This document shows positions 29,663 to 38,899 of a DNA stretch of 64,000 bases, one piece after another. Each line of letters starts with the position of its first letter. Within the stretch, counting starts at the first letter, position 1. Below the pieces are notes generated by a model. The model saw only the letters and a list, made by a program, of their open reading frames with translations. It was not told the DNA's origin and did no database searches. The stretch is from Candidatus Tayloriibacteriota bacterium (GTDB lineage: Bacteria; Patescibacteriota; Minisyncoccia; Phycocordibacterales; PALSA-1337), in the NCBI GenBank assembly GCA_016215455.1, contig JACRJP010000002.1, forward strand, positions 2,809-66,808, read 5' to 3'. The position numbers and the translations under genes were made by a program.

Positions 29663-30127
29663 ATGGCTACTGTTTGCTTTCTCGCTCCTCGCGACAACCA
29701 CGAATCAACAGCTCAAGCGGTTGGCACATTTGGTCGTGCCTTCATCGACTTCGGACACTTTAGCAATGACGAAGCCGGTTGGCTTGAGTGTGCAAAAAAA
29801 CATGGAGAACACAAGATCGGTGATGTTCTCTTTGTCGATGTTACCGATCACAGCAAAGAGTTGGTGGAAAAACCTCCCATGCTTTCATTCATGGAACAAT
29901 ACCCGTTCGCACCGTGTGCGATCGTCTACGTCATGTTTGAGGCTCCGGACGGAAGCAAGGTTATCTCGTTTTACCACCGTCCACAACGGACTTTCATCAG
30001 ACTTCATAGGTTCACCGATGATCCTGACTGGAAGACTATCTTTGAGAAGTTGATCGACCTCTTCGGAGAAATGGAGCCGGCGTCAACTTTGCGGCAACTG
30101 TTACAAAAAGCCTCTACGGCACGTTAG
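29663..30127 (+). CDS. hypothetical protein in a GC-rich islet next to tRNA-Ile
   Basis: ATG at 29663 is preceded by AGGAAG. 154 aa with no recognised motif. GC rises sharply at about 29650. Confidence 0.45.
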   Translation: MATVCFLAPRDNHESTAQAVGTFGRAFIDFGHFSNDEAGWLECAKKHGEHKIGDVLFVDVTDHSKELVEKPPMLSFMEQYPFAPCAIVYVMFEAPDGSKVISFYHRPQRTFIRLHRFTDDPDWKTIFEKLIDLFGEMEPASTLRQLLQKASTAR

Positions 30128-30191
30128 TCATTCATGCTCAGCAATGTTCCCGGAACATTTGCTCGAGCTTTTTATTTAATCCATCTCTTCT

Positions 30192-32204
30192 CTAGGCTTG
30201 ATGTTCTATATCAAGTTTCTTTTTTGGTTGAATTCCGTGAGCGATGATTATTTTTTCATACTCATCTCGTTCGATTGTTTCAACTTCAATGAGTCGCTTC
30301 GCGATAGCATCAAGGGCAGCTTTGTGTTCAGTAACTACCTTTTCAGCCCGAGCAAATGCTTCTGACATAATTCGAGAGACTTCAGCGTCAATATCAGCGC
30401 TTACTTTCTCAGAATACTCTTTATCCTCAAGTCCTTTACCGAACATTGCACGGCCCCCATTCCCTTCAAACGCAAGAGCCCCCAACTTATCAGACATACC
30501 GTATTTCGTGACCATATCACGTGCGAGTGCAGTTGAAACTTGGAGATCATTTGATGGACCAGTTGTTACATCACCGAATGTTTGCTTTTCGACAACATAT
30601 CCTCCGAGTGACACAGCAATGTCATCAAGAAATTCTTTCTTCGATTGCATTTTTCGATCTTCAAGTGGTAGATGAAGTGTATACCCTGCAGCACGACCTC
30701 GAGAGATAATTGATATCTTATGAACAGGATCAGCATACATGAGGACTGAAGATACTAGAGCATGTCCTGCTTCGTGGTATGCCGTAATTTCTTTTTCTTT
30801 CTTTGAAAGAATGTGACTCTTTCGTTCAGGGCCGAGCATGACTTTTTCAATTGCACGAATGAGATCAAACTGAGCAACTTTCACTCGACTTTCTCGAGCG
30901 GCAAGAATCGCACCCTCGTTCATGAGAGAATACAGATCAGCACCTGAGAAACCTGGAGTTCTCTCAGCTATCACCACAAGATTCACATCCTCAGCAAGAG
31001 GTTTTTTCTGAGAATGAATCTTCAAGATTTCTTCACGATCATGTCGATCAGGAAGATCAATAGTTACCCGTCGATCAAAACGACCTGGACGAAGTAGTGC
31101 TGGATCAAGAACGTCAGGACGATTCGTTGCAGCCATGACAATTACTTTTTCTGTTGGTTCAAAACCATCCATTTCCACAAGAATCTGGTTGAGTGTTTGT
31201 TCGCGTTCATCATTTCCCCCTCCAACGCCTCCCCCTCGTACACGTCCCACCGCATCAATTTCGTCAACGAATATAATGGCAGGAGATGCCTCTTTTGCCA
31301 TCTTGAAAAGATCACGCACTCGAGATGCACCAACACCCACAAACATCTCAACGAATTCAGATCCAGAAATTGAAAAGAAAGCGACACCTGCTTCACCTGC
31401 AACCGCTCGTGCAAGTAGTGTTTTACCTGTTCCTGGAGCACCCATGAGAAGTACACCCTTTGGAATCTGTGCGCCGATTTCAATAAACTTTTTAGGATTA
31501 CGGAGGAAGTCAACAATTTCGAGAAGTTCTTGCTTAGCTTCTTTCGCACCAGCAACATCCTTAAATGTCACTTTTTGTTTTGTATCTTCTGGAAGAATGA
31601 TACGAGCTTTTGACTGACCAAATGATAGAGCTTGCACACCTGCCCCCTTCACCTGACGTGTGAGAAACCAAATGATGAGTCCAATAAAAAGAAGTGGAAC
31701 AAGAAATGGTGTGAGCTGAGCGAGCCAATACACAAATCCACCTGGACCTTGAATATCAATTTGTACAAGTGAAAGTTTTTCAGAAGAAACACCGTATCGC
31801 ACTAGAGTTTCAGTGAGTGAAGAGTCTGATTCTTTTGTTGAATGCTTTGTTAAAAGTTCAAGAGTTGCAGGAGATGTTGAAGAAAGAGTTCCTGTTCCAA
31901 GGCTTGCTGTAATAGGTGTCGTTAATACAGGTGTTGTTGATGCAAGACTTGGTTTGTATGTAATGGTAAGATCATCACCTTGTACAACAATCTTTGCTAC
32001 CTTTGACTGATTTACATCCTGAGCAAGCTGCGACAGACTCACTTCAGGTGTACTACCTGAAATATCTGAAATGAGTGAGTACGTACCTGTCACAAAAATG
32101 AGAGCAAGAATAATACCACTCAATGTATTGAGAATTGCAAAGCGTCCCTTTCGTGGCCCTCCACCATTCTTATTCGATTCTTTAGGATTCTTTTGTTTCT
32201 TCAT
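30192..32204 (-). CDS. ftsH: ATP-dependent zinc metalloprotease FtsH
   Basis: 670 aa. Two N-terminal TM helices, AAA Walker [15 protein letters not shown], and the Zn site HEAGHAL. Confidence 0.9.
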   Translation of the reverse strand: MKKQKNPKESNKNGGGPRKGRFAILNTLSGIILALIFVTGTYSLISDISGSTPEVSLSQLAQDVNQSKVAKIVVQGDDLTITYKPSLASTTPVLTTPITASLGTGTLSSTSPATLELLTKHSTKESDSSLTETLVRYGVSSEKLSLVQIDIQGPGGFVYWLAQLTPFLVPLLFIGLIIWFLTRQVKGAGVQALSFGQSKARIILPEDTKQKVTFKDVAGAKEAKQELLEIVDFLRNPKKFIEIGAQIPKGVLLMGAPGTGKTLLARAVAGEAGVAFFSISGSEFVEMFVGVGASRVRDLFKMAKEASPAIIFVDEIDAVGRVRGGGVGGGNDEREQTLNQILVEMDGFEPTEKVIVMAATNRPDVLDPALLRPGRFDRRVTIDLPDRHDREEILKIHSQKKPLAEDVNLVVIAERTPGFSGADLYSLMNEGAILAARESRVKVAQFDLIRAIEKVMLGPERKSHILSKKEKEITAYHEAGHALVSSVLMYADPVHKISIISRGRAAGYTLHLPLEDRKMQSKKEFLDDIAVSLGGYVVEKQTFGDVTTGPSNDLQVSTALARDMVTKYGMSDKLGALAFEGNGGRAMFGKGLEDKEYSEKVSADIDAEVSRIMSEAFARAEKVVTEHKAALDAIAKRLIEVETIERDEYEKIIIAHGIQPKKKLDIEHQA

Positions 32205-32239
32205 ATATTATGTGATGATATAAGGGATTATATAGAATC

Positions 32240-32704
32240 GTGAGAAAAGCGCCAGTCATGAGTACATATATTACGAATAAAAAAATAGGGCTCGACTATG
32301 AAATTCTCGAACGATTCGAGGCTGGTATTAAGCTATCAGGAATTGAGGTAAAGTCAGTCCGTCAGAATCAAGGCAATCTTCTTGGTGCACACATAACAGT
32401 TCGTGGAGGTGAAGCGTATCTCATGAATGCTTTTATCCCTCCCTATCAAGAAAAGAACACTCCTGCATCATATGACCCGTATCGCAAACGTATTCTTCTT
32501 CTCAAAAAATCAGAGCTCAAAAGCCTTGCGACACAGGAGTCCCAGAGAGGTTTGACAGTAGTGCCGATTTCAATGTATAATAAAGGAAGGGTTATCAAAG
32601 TGGATATCGCAATTGTTCGTGGAAAGAAAAAACATGACAAACGCGAAACCCTAAAAAAGCGACAATCAGACCGTGACGTCGCTCGTGAGTTTCGAGATCG
32701 TTAA
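32240..32704 (+). CDS. smpB: SsrA-binding protein
   Basis: 154-aa protein that matches the SmpB consensus throughout. It lies immediately upstream of the tmRNA. Confidence 0.9.
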   Translation: MRKAPVMSTYITNKKIGLDYEILERFEAGIKLSGIEVKSVRQNQGNLLGAHITVRGGEAYLMNAFIPPYQEKNTPASYDPYRKRILLLKKSELKSLATQESQRGLTVVPISMYNKGRVIKVDIAIVRGKKKHDKRETLKKRQSDRDVAREFRDR

Positions 32705-32710
32705 AAATAT

Positions 32711-33123
32711 GGGGATGATTGGCTTCGACGTATGATTCCCTTGTACATATGCACTGGAGAGCTCCATTAACTCTTAAATCTGATGGAAATCGCAACTGCA
32801 AAAAATTCAGTCGCAAAGGCAGTTCGTTCACCGTTTTTCACGGCTAACGATTTTGCTTTCGCTTACGCACGAGCTTAAACACTCTGCCTAATCGACACTT
32901 CTTCCCTATGATCCTGTAGTTGGGCTGAAGTGATATATCCTCAGGATAGGATGTGTACTGTCTCATTACACCTCCGAAACTTAGAGACTCGTATCATGAT
33001 CATTTAGTCCGTTTATAGTTCATGATATTAAAGTGTCACGCAAGTGACACACGAAGCGTACTAACCAGCGTAGAAATATATACAAAGATTATATGCACCC
33101 GGGTTCGATTCCCGGCATCTCCA
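32711..33123 (+). ncRNA. ssrA: transfer-messenger RNA (tmRNA, SsrA)
   Basis: 5' GGGGATGATTGGCTTCGACG... The 3' tRNA-like end is ...GGGTTCGATTCCCGGCATCTCCA. The internal tag ORF ends GCT AAC GAT TTT GCT TTC GCT TAC GCA CGA GCT TAA. The context AAAAAUUCAGUC GCA resembles the E. coli resume-codon context. Confidence 0.8.
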
Positions 33124-33227
33124 CAACTTTATAACAAAAGCACCCATGAGGGTGCTTTTGTGTTTATGGTTGATTTTTTCCACCACCTAATCTAAGCTAG
33201 CCACAGACAACATCGATACTTACTGCT

Positions 33228-33683
33228 ATGTATAGCATCCCTGCAATTAGCCCTGCTGACCTGCTCAGCCGTATTCAACACATTGTCCAGGCGTTGGGTG
33301 GAAAACTGTTCTGGTTCGAAAGTCCTCGAAACTACCACTATCCGTTCAGAGAACCTTCTGGACACATCAGCACTCATCTCGGTGAACGACACGAGAATTA
33401 CAGCTTTTCAAATGGAGAATGTGGGGTCGCAGTTCATGCATCAGATGACAAAGTGGATACGGCACATGGAGTTTTCCTTTTGGTGAATCTCTACCTACTT
33501 CAGCCTGAGAAAGGTAAGATCAAAATCGCTGAAGTTGCGTATTTCACACACCCCACACAAGGAACCTTCAGATCAATTCGCAACAGCGATATCACCAACG
33601 AATTTGAATCTGTTGAAGAACTTCGACGGGTAACCGAAAAGGTTGTCGAGTTTGCAGAAGCTATAACTCGAGCTATTGAATAG
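33228..33683 (+). CDS. hypothetical protein (first gene after the tmRNA)
   Basis: 151-aa ORF with no recognised motif. Lies inside the candidate island at the tmRNA 3' end. Confidence 0.4.
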   Translation: MYSIPAISPADLLSRIQHIVQALGGKLFWFESPRNYHYPFREPSGHISTHLGERHENYSFSNGECGVAVHASDDKVDTAHGVFLLVNLYLLQPEKGKIKIAEVAYFTHPTQGTFRSIRNSDITNEFESVEELRRVTEKVVEFAEAITRAIE

Positions 33684-33698
33684 CGTGTTCTTCAGTTT

Positions 33699-33756
33699 CC
33701 TTTTTATTACCCACCTCTTCTCTACATCTCCCATGAGACTTTTTACAAACTCTTTT
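33699..33756. repeat. imperfect ~58-bp direct repeat, copy 1 (remnant of a gene 3' end)
   Basis: TTTTTATTACCCACCTCTTCTCTACATCTCCCATGAGACTTTTTACAAACTCTTTTA matches 34345-34404 with about 4 differences. Both copies encode ...KEFVKSLMG(D/G)VEK on the minus strand. Confidence 0.6.
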
Positions 33757-33778
33757 AATATGCTAGGGTGTACGATGG

Positions 33779-34330
33779 ATGAACACACTGGCACAATTAA
33801 TTCAAGAATATCTTGAGGCTAAAGACAAAAGTGAGTCCGGTCTAGCAAGAGTAGCTCGGGTCAACGAGCTACTCTTGAGACTCATCACTAACGTCGAAAA
33901 GAAACCGTTCATACATGGTAAGAAACTTATCCATGTCTTAACCAGGAGTATCCGCTACATCGCCTACATCAAGATGCAGGAGGATGTCGCAGAATTACGA
34001 GAATTACTCGCAGACTATGATCGGGTGAGTAACTGGAGTCGAGGACAAGAAAATCTCCAAGTGATCAAAGACCTTCACCAAAAATGGTCTTTGAAAGTAA
34101 AGCTCCCATTACTTTTGTCTCCATTCGCGTACGCAGCTCATTTTGAAGAAGCTACATATGCGAGTATTCCGTCCGCAAGACGCGACGAAGCTACCACCGA
34201 AATCACCATAGAGGTGGCACGTATCATTGCGCTTGAAACCACACATAGTCTCTTAAGTGACGACATGGACAAAAATCTTGAATACGTAGAGACTCTCAAC
34301 GATGTTCTCTTACGAGCGCTCTTAGAATAA
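33779..34330 (+). CDS. hypothetical protein bracketed by the direct repeats
   Basis: 183-aa ORF with no recognised motif. Confidence 0.4.
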   Translation: MNTLAQLIQEYLEAKDKSESGLARVARVNELLLRLITNVEKKPFIHGKKLIHVLTRSIRYIAYIKMQEDVAELRELLADYDRVSNWSRGQENLQVIKDLHQKWSLKVKLPLLLSPFAYAAHFEEATYASIPSARRDEATTEITIEVARIIALETTHSLLSDDMDKNLEYVETLNDVLLRALLE

Positions 34331-34344
34331 CTAAAAGTGAGCAT

Positions 34345-34404
34345 TTTTATTACCTACCCTTTCTTCTCTACACCTCCCATGAGACTTTTTACAAATTCTT
34401 TTAC
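34345..34404. repeat. imperfect ~58-bp direct repeat, copy 2 (true 3' end of gene 34354..35061)
   Basis: See copy 1. Confidence 0.6.
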
Positions 34405-35061
34405 CTTTGAACTATAGTACGTATAATTTCCTTTTTCAGCAGAGAATGTAATCTTAGCTGTCTTACCTGTCCCATCAAGGAAAAATAGTGCGTGTATATC
34501 ATTACCGAGATTCTGCTTTTCAATATGATAGATTCTCATGCCGGTTTCTTCGTTAAGAATCACCTCTGAGTTGAGTATGGTCATCCCCGACTTTAACTCA
34601 CTTTCATAGAGCCACTGTGCATTAAAGTTTTCATCGGTAGCTTGAGTGTATATAACAATATCAGAAAAATCTTTCGTATCACTTGTTGGTGTGCGAGGTG
34701 TAACAACTATAGTGTTTCCATCTTCACTATCAGTCATCATCCAATTTTGAACAATCCATTCTGGAATACTTAGAGTAAAGGCTCCTCCAGCAATATACCC
34801 GACAACATTACTAATATTTGAAGCACGAGGTGTGGAACCAAACACATGAGATGGAGGTAACGATAGTATCGGAGGATTTATTTCAGAGACCTCAAGAATA
34901 GTTACTTCGCCATCAAATTCACTTATACGAGAATTATCTTCAGTCTGCTGTACAGTAGAACCGTGATACTTTTGACTCAATGTATATCCACTCAAAGCAG
35001 CAAGAACAACTACCCCGATAACGAGAACAGGAATCCACGTACGAGAATGGTAAGGATTCAT
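34354..35061 (-). CDS. hypothetical signal-anchored or secreted protein
   Basis: 235 aa with an N-terminal TM/signal sequence (WIPVLVIGVVVLAALSGYTL). Confidence 0.45.
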   Translation of the reverse strand: MNPYHSRTWIPVLVIGVVVLAALSGYTLSQKYHGSTVQQTEDNSRISEFDGEVTILEVSEINPPILSLPPSHVFGSTPRASNISNVVGYIAGGAFTLSIPEWIVQNWMMTDSEDGNTIVVTPRTPTSDTKDFSDIVIYTQATDENFNAQWLYESELKSGMTILNSEVILNEETGMRIYHIEKQNLGNDIHALFFLDGTGKTAKITFSAEKGNYTYYSSKVKEFVKSLMGGVEKKG

Positions 35062-35339
35062 ATATTATTTTGAATCACCACCTCCTTTTTTCTGATCAAA
35101 TTTACCATCACCTTTTGAATCTTTCTTCTTTGATCGAGTATGTGGACCGAGTAATACATAGAGCACCACTATGACACCTGCAGCAATGAGTATATCCATA
35201 AATAATACGTTATGCGTGTAATTATAAACCTAACTTGTATAAAAAGAAACGGATGATCATATATATCTTCCCTACCTTTTCTCATATATAATTATGATAA
35301 AGGTCGCACAACTTTAATAAAAATAATTGTACTACGATT

Positions 35340-35417
35340 ATGGCAATATGCGTTGGATGCGGTCACGAACACACAGGTCCTAATGGGACATGCACATGTG
35401 GATGTGAGACAAAATAA
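35340..35417 (+). CDS. candidate small Cys-rich peptide (25 aa: MAICVGCGHEHTGPNGTCTCGCETK)
   Basis: Short ORF directly followed by a strong terminator at 35427-35456. No clear Shine-Dalgarno sequence. Confidence 0.3.
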   Translation: MAICVGCGHEHTGPNGTCTCGCETK

Positions 35418-35426
35418 ATAACCTAT

Positions 35427-35456
35427 AAAAAATCACTCGTATGAGTGATTTTTTAT
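35427..35456. terminator. bidirectional rho-independent terminator
   Basis: A6 run, stem ATCACTC/GAGTGAT with loop GTAT, then T7 run. Confidence 0.6.
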
Positions 35457-36373
35457 TTCTCTTGCACCACCAACCTCTTAACAACAGGTGCTTCAGCGAG
35501 ATACATTGATCGAATCTGAGAATCAGCTAAAGCATTACTATAGATATGTACTTCATCAATTACCCCAAGAAAATTATTCCAATCAGCAGTCGAGTCCTGT
35601 TGTCCTAATATAATCGTAGCACCCGAAAGATCACCTGCTTCAGTGTACTGTGCCTCAGAAATTTTTGTTCCATTTAAATAACCTTTCATAGTTTGTGTAC
35701 TTCCTGATGCACCACCTGTCCATGAAAGTGCTACGTTAGTCCATTCCCCAACTTTAGCTTCACCTATATTTAGATTAGTCGCACTCGAGCCCCTCACCAC
35801 TGATACTGTACTTCCAAGTATTCGTAAATAAATTCGATTTGATCCAGACCCTACTGCAAAAAAGAGAATTCTCTGTCCCTGACCAGCTGCACTCAAGTCA
35901 CTAGGCTTAAACCACAAAGATACAGTTCCTCCTTTACTGGTAATACCTGAAAGAGCTGAGGTCGCAGGAACTGTTATCGATAATCTATCTGCACTTGATT
36001 GAAAATTGATCGCATTACCTAAAATCCCTGATACAACCTGAGGAGCACCCGCAACACTGAGGTTGAGTAAATTCCCTGAAAGGTCACTCACCCTTGTTGG
36101 ACTCGTATCAATTGCATCCATACTCCAATAGACAGGTGCATCAGCGCCGTACGCATGATACGTACTTGCATCAAATTGTTTACCCGCCGCAAGTTTAGCT
36201 TTCGTTCGAGTTGTAGTAAGACTTGCAAGTACCACCGAAGAAAGTAGTCCAATGATTGATATAACTACAAGTAGCTCAATGAGCGTAAAGGCTTTTGTAG
36301 AAAATACAGAGAATGATTTCATGTACGTAAATAATAACACACTCAATAAAATGATTACCACTTTTTTATCCAT
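35453..36373 (-). CDS. prepilin-type N-terminus fused to a LamG/concanavalin-A-like lectin domain (candidate adhesive tip pilin)
   Basis: Motif KAFTLIELLVVISIIGLLSSVVLASL. The C-terminus shows the LamG_3-type signature ...GEWTNVALSW...LGVIDEVHIYSNALADSQI. An alternative start lies at the internal ATG near 36322. Confidence 0.65.
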   Translation of the reverse strand: MDKKVVIILLSVLLFTYMKSFSVFSTKAFTLIELLVVISIIGLLSSVVLASLTTTRTKAKLAAGKQFDASTYHAYGADAPVYWSMDAIDTSPTRVSDLSGNLLNLSVAGAPQVVSGILGNAINFQSSADRLSITVPATSALSGITSKGGTVSLWFKPSDLSAAGQGQRILFFAVGSGSNRIYLRILGSTVSVVRGSSATNLNIGEAKVGEWTNVALSWTGGASGSTQTMKGYLNGTKISEAQYTEAGDLSGATIILGQQDSTADWNNFLGVIDEVHIYSNALADSQIRSMYLAEAPVVKRLVVQEK

Positions 36374-36379
36374 ACTTTG

Positions 36380-36680
36380 ACAGATTCAAAAATATACGAT
36401 ATCGTATTGTCATGACACATTTGTCAAATATACAGCTTCATACAGTTTGGATGCCGGTGTTTGCCGGGTACCAGAAGACCGACCTTATCTCACGAGGTCT
36501 CTTTATGCTTATGTCTAGCCGAAATATTTGTAGTATGTAATCTTTAATCTCATACAAACATAGAAATATCCCGGCTGAATGTAAGTCGGGATTTTCTTTT
36601 TCTAACATTCAGTAGACGTACTCATTGTGCGCAATTCGGGTATGTACCCGTAAGTTCTTTACAACCAACTCCCTACTACT
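36380..36680 (+). promoter_or_regulatory. 300-nt structured non-coding leader upstream of the MFS transporter, with a terminator-like hairpin (candidate riboswitch or attenuator)
   Basis: Hairpins CCGG-TGTTTG-CCGG and AGACC...GGTCT. Near 36581-36615, ATCCCGGCT..AGTCGGGAT is followed by TTTCTTTTTC. No upstream plus-strand gene is present for that hairpin to terminate. Confidence 0.25.
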
Positions 36681-37874
36681 ATGAATCGACAGTATCGCAA
36701 TGCGGCACTCTACATTCCCTTTGCTATCTTCAGTGAACCTCTATTCTGGGGACCAATCCTCACAAAAACAGTTGTGGAACTCGGCAAACTCAGTCTTTCA
36801 GAAATGTATTTTCAAGAAGCTGTGTGTGTTGTCCTCATGTTTCTCATCGATATTCCCACAGGAGCTATCGCAGATATAATTGGACGAAAACGCACACTGA
36901 TTATTGGTCAATCATTTCTCCTTGTAAGCTACATTCTGTTTGCACTCATGAGCGAACCTCTGCACACATGGCTCGCAAATATCTGTTGGGCTATTGGAGC
37001 AGCATTTCGTTCAGGTGCTGATAGTTCACTTATCTACGAATCACTGCCTCTCGAAAATCGTGATGCGGTCTATCATAAGCTTGAGTCAAAAGTTCAAGGT
37101 TGGAAACTTGCACTTATGGCGATAGGGGCTCTGGCATCAGGCTGGATGGCACATATTGATTTACGCCTCCCTCTCTTGGTATCAGTTCCTTTTGTCGGCA
37201 TCTCATTCATCACGACATTCTTTCTTGTTGAAGAACACTCTCATCACACATTACGAGAAGTGAAATATTCTTTTCGTGAACACCTTCATAAAATGTATGA
37301 GGGATTGATGTATACAGTTCATATCAAAAAGATTTTGTGGCTCATGTGTTTCTCTGCACTTCTCAGTGCGGCAGGTAAATTATGGTTCTTCACCTACAAC
37401 CCCTACTTTGAAAAAGTCGGTCTGGATGTGCAAGAATTTGGGTATATATTTTTCATGCTCAACATTGTTGGATGGGCCGCAAGCCACTTCAATCAAAAGA
37501 TGCTTGAAAAATTAGGAGAACGAACCATGCTCATCACATTACTTCTCTCTACTGCTATTCCCATTATGATCATGGGTATATTCCCTCTCAAGATTATGGC
37601 GCTCGGGGTATTCTTCCAGAATATTACCCGAGGTGGTTTACCACCACTATTTTTGGCAATGTCCCAAAAATACATCACGAATAATGCAATTCGAGCAACG
37701 ACATTGTCGGTAAAGTCATCTATTGGTGCTTTGGCGGGTGCAGGATCACAGATAGTTTTTGGTTATGCACTTACTCAAGCTGGTTTCCTTTCAACACTTA
37801 CCGGACTGGGAGTAGTGACCTTAATTCTTGGACTACTATGCATGACATGGTATGGAAAGTTGTTCAAAAAATAA
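36681..37874 (+). CDS. MFS transporter
   Basis: 397 aa with about 12 TM helices. MFS motif A DIPTGAIADIIGRKRTLIIG. Confidence 0.75.
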   Translation: MNRQYRNAALYIPFAIFSEPLFWGPILTKTVVELGKLSLSEMYFQEAVCVVLMFLIDIPTGAIADIIGRKRTLIIGQSFLLVSYILFALMSEPLHTWLANICWAIGAAFRSGADSSLIYESLPLENRDAVYHKLESKVQGWKLALMAIGALASGWMAHIDLRLPLLVSVPFVGISFITTFFLVEEHSHHTLREVKYSFREHLHKMYEGLMYTVHIKKILWLMCFSALLSAAGKLWFFTYNPYFEKVGLDVQEFGYIFFMLNIVGWAASHFNQKMLEKLGERTMLITLLLSTAIPIMIMGIFPLKIMALGVFFQNITRGGLPPLFLAMSQKYITNNAIRATTLSVKSSIGALAGAGSQIVFGYALTQAGFLSTLTGLGVVTLILGLLCMTWYGKLFKK

Positions 37875-37997
37875 CATCATCGCTCGTCGTATGACGGGTG
37901 ATTTTTTATTGGACTTTTTTGAATAAAACAGTAGTATAGAAATACCACGAAAGACGTGGTTGTCCTTCACATCAATCCTCAATCCCTCGAACAAACC

Positions 37998-38810
37998 ATG
38001 AAACGTTTGCTCCAATGGCTCGCTGCTTTTGCAGTGATCTTGTCCACCAATGCCGCCATCAATATCGAGGTGAGCTACGCGCTCGCTCCGAATGCATTCG
38101 GAAGTCCGAATTACGCTGCGTGGGTTGGTAACACCACCTACGCCGTCGAAAACGGCCTCACCAGCTATGGTGCTCCTGGCCCCGGACAATACAACCGTGT
38201 GGCGGGGAATCTCGACTACAACCAGATCGTCGTCACGGGGTTCCCCTCGTGGCTCGGCAATGCTGACCCGGCAGGGACATTCGGTCCCGCCTACGCAGCT
38301 GAACTCGGCAATCGTCTTCACGCACCCCTGCACATTGTGGGGACAGGTGGAACGACATTCTCGATCGACAAGCTGTCATTCACCATGACATCTTCAGATC
38401 CCGGAAACGGGCTAGGATTTTCCTTCGCCGCTGGAAGTTACACTTACAGCAGTCAGTATTATGGCATTCAATATGGTCTCAATGGAGTCAAAGGCGGAGG
38501 TGACGATGTCATCATCACCTCCGGACCGAGCTCAGTGCTCGTAAACGAGATCATCGGTCGTGGGAGTGGCAATGCTTATGCCGCCTACTCCACTGATCCT
38601 GGTGCCAGCAATCAGGACAAGATTTTCAATCTGATCGCGAACTTCAGCGACGATGGTCCGTTCACCGTGACCGCTACTTACAGCCTTGAAGACTCGAGTG
38701 GCTCCGCGGAAGTCCTCATCGGGACAGAAGTCCCTGAAAATTCGACATGGGCAGCTATTGCGTTTCTCACTCTCCCTGTCGGATGGGTTGTCCTTCGGCG
38801 ACGAAAGTGA
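37998..38810 (+). CDS. secreted protein with a PEP-CTERM-like C-terminal sorting signal; GC-rich islet
   Basis: Signal peptide MKRLLQWLAAFAVILSTNAA. The C-terminus reads ...EVPENSTWAAIAFLTLPVGWVVLRRRK (VPE, then a TM helix, then RRRK). Local GC is much higher than the flanks. Confidence 0.5.
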   Translation: MKRLLQWLAAFAVILSTNAAINIEVSYALAPNAFGSPNYAAWVGNTTYAVENGLTSYGAPGPGQYNRVAGNLDYNQIVVTGFPSWLGNADPAGTFGPAYAAELGNRLHAPLHIVGTGGTTFSIDKLSFTMTSSDPGNGLGFSFAAGSYTYSSQYYGIQYGLNGVKGGGDDVIITSGPSSVLVNEIIGRGSGNAYAAYSTDPGASNQDKIFNLIANFSDDGPFTVTATYSLEDSSGSAEVLIGTEVPENSTWAAIAFLTLPVGWVVLRRRK

Positions 38811-38899
38811 TTGATCACGAACTTTGATACGGCGCACACGTGGCGCTATTTTTATTTCACACAAACACAAAGATACTCCTTTAGGTTCCAAAATATGCT

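Noticed and set aside
32446-32831. Minus-strand ORFs 32446..32640 and 32595..32831
   Set aside because: They lie antisense within smpB and across the tmRNA 5' domain, so they are spurious overlaps of confident features.
35065-35199. 44-aa minus-strand membrane micro-ORF (MDILIAAGVIVVLYVLLGPHTRSKKKDSKGDGKFDQKKGGGDSK)
   Set aside because: It looks like a plausible single-TM peptide. However, it has no RBS and no checkable conservation, and it is too short to support from sequence alone. I did not list it as a feature.
38811-38899. Possible terminator after the PEP-CTERM-like gene (GGCGCACACGTGGCGC followed by a T-rich run)
   Set aside because: The apparent palindrome pairs poorly, with only about 3 bp of true complementarity around the CACGTG core. 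A T-rich tract alone is not enough evidence for a terminator.
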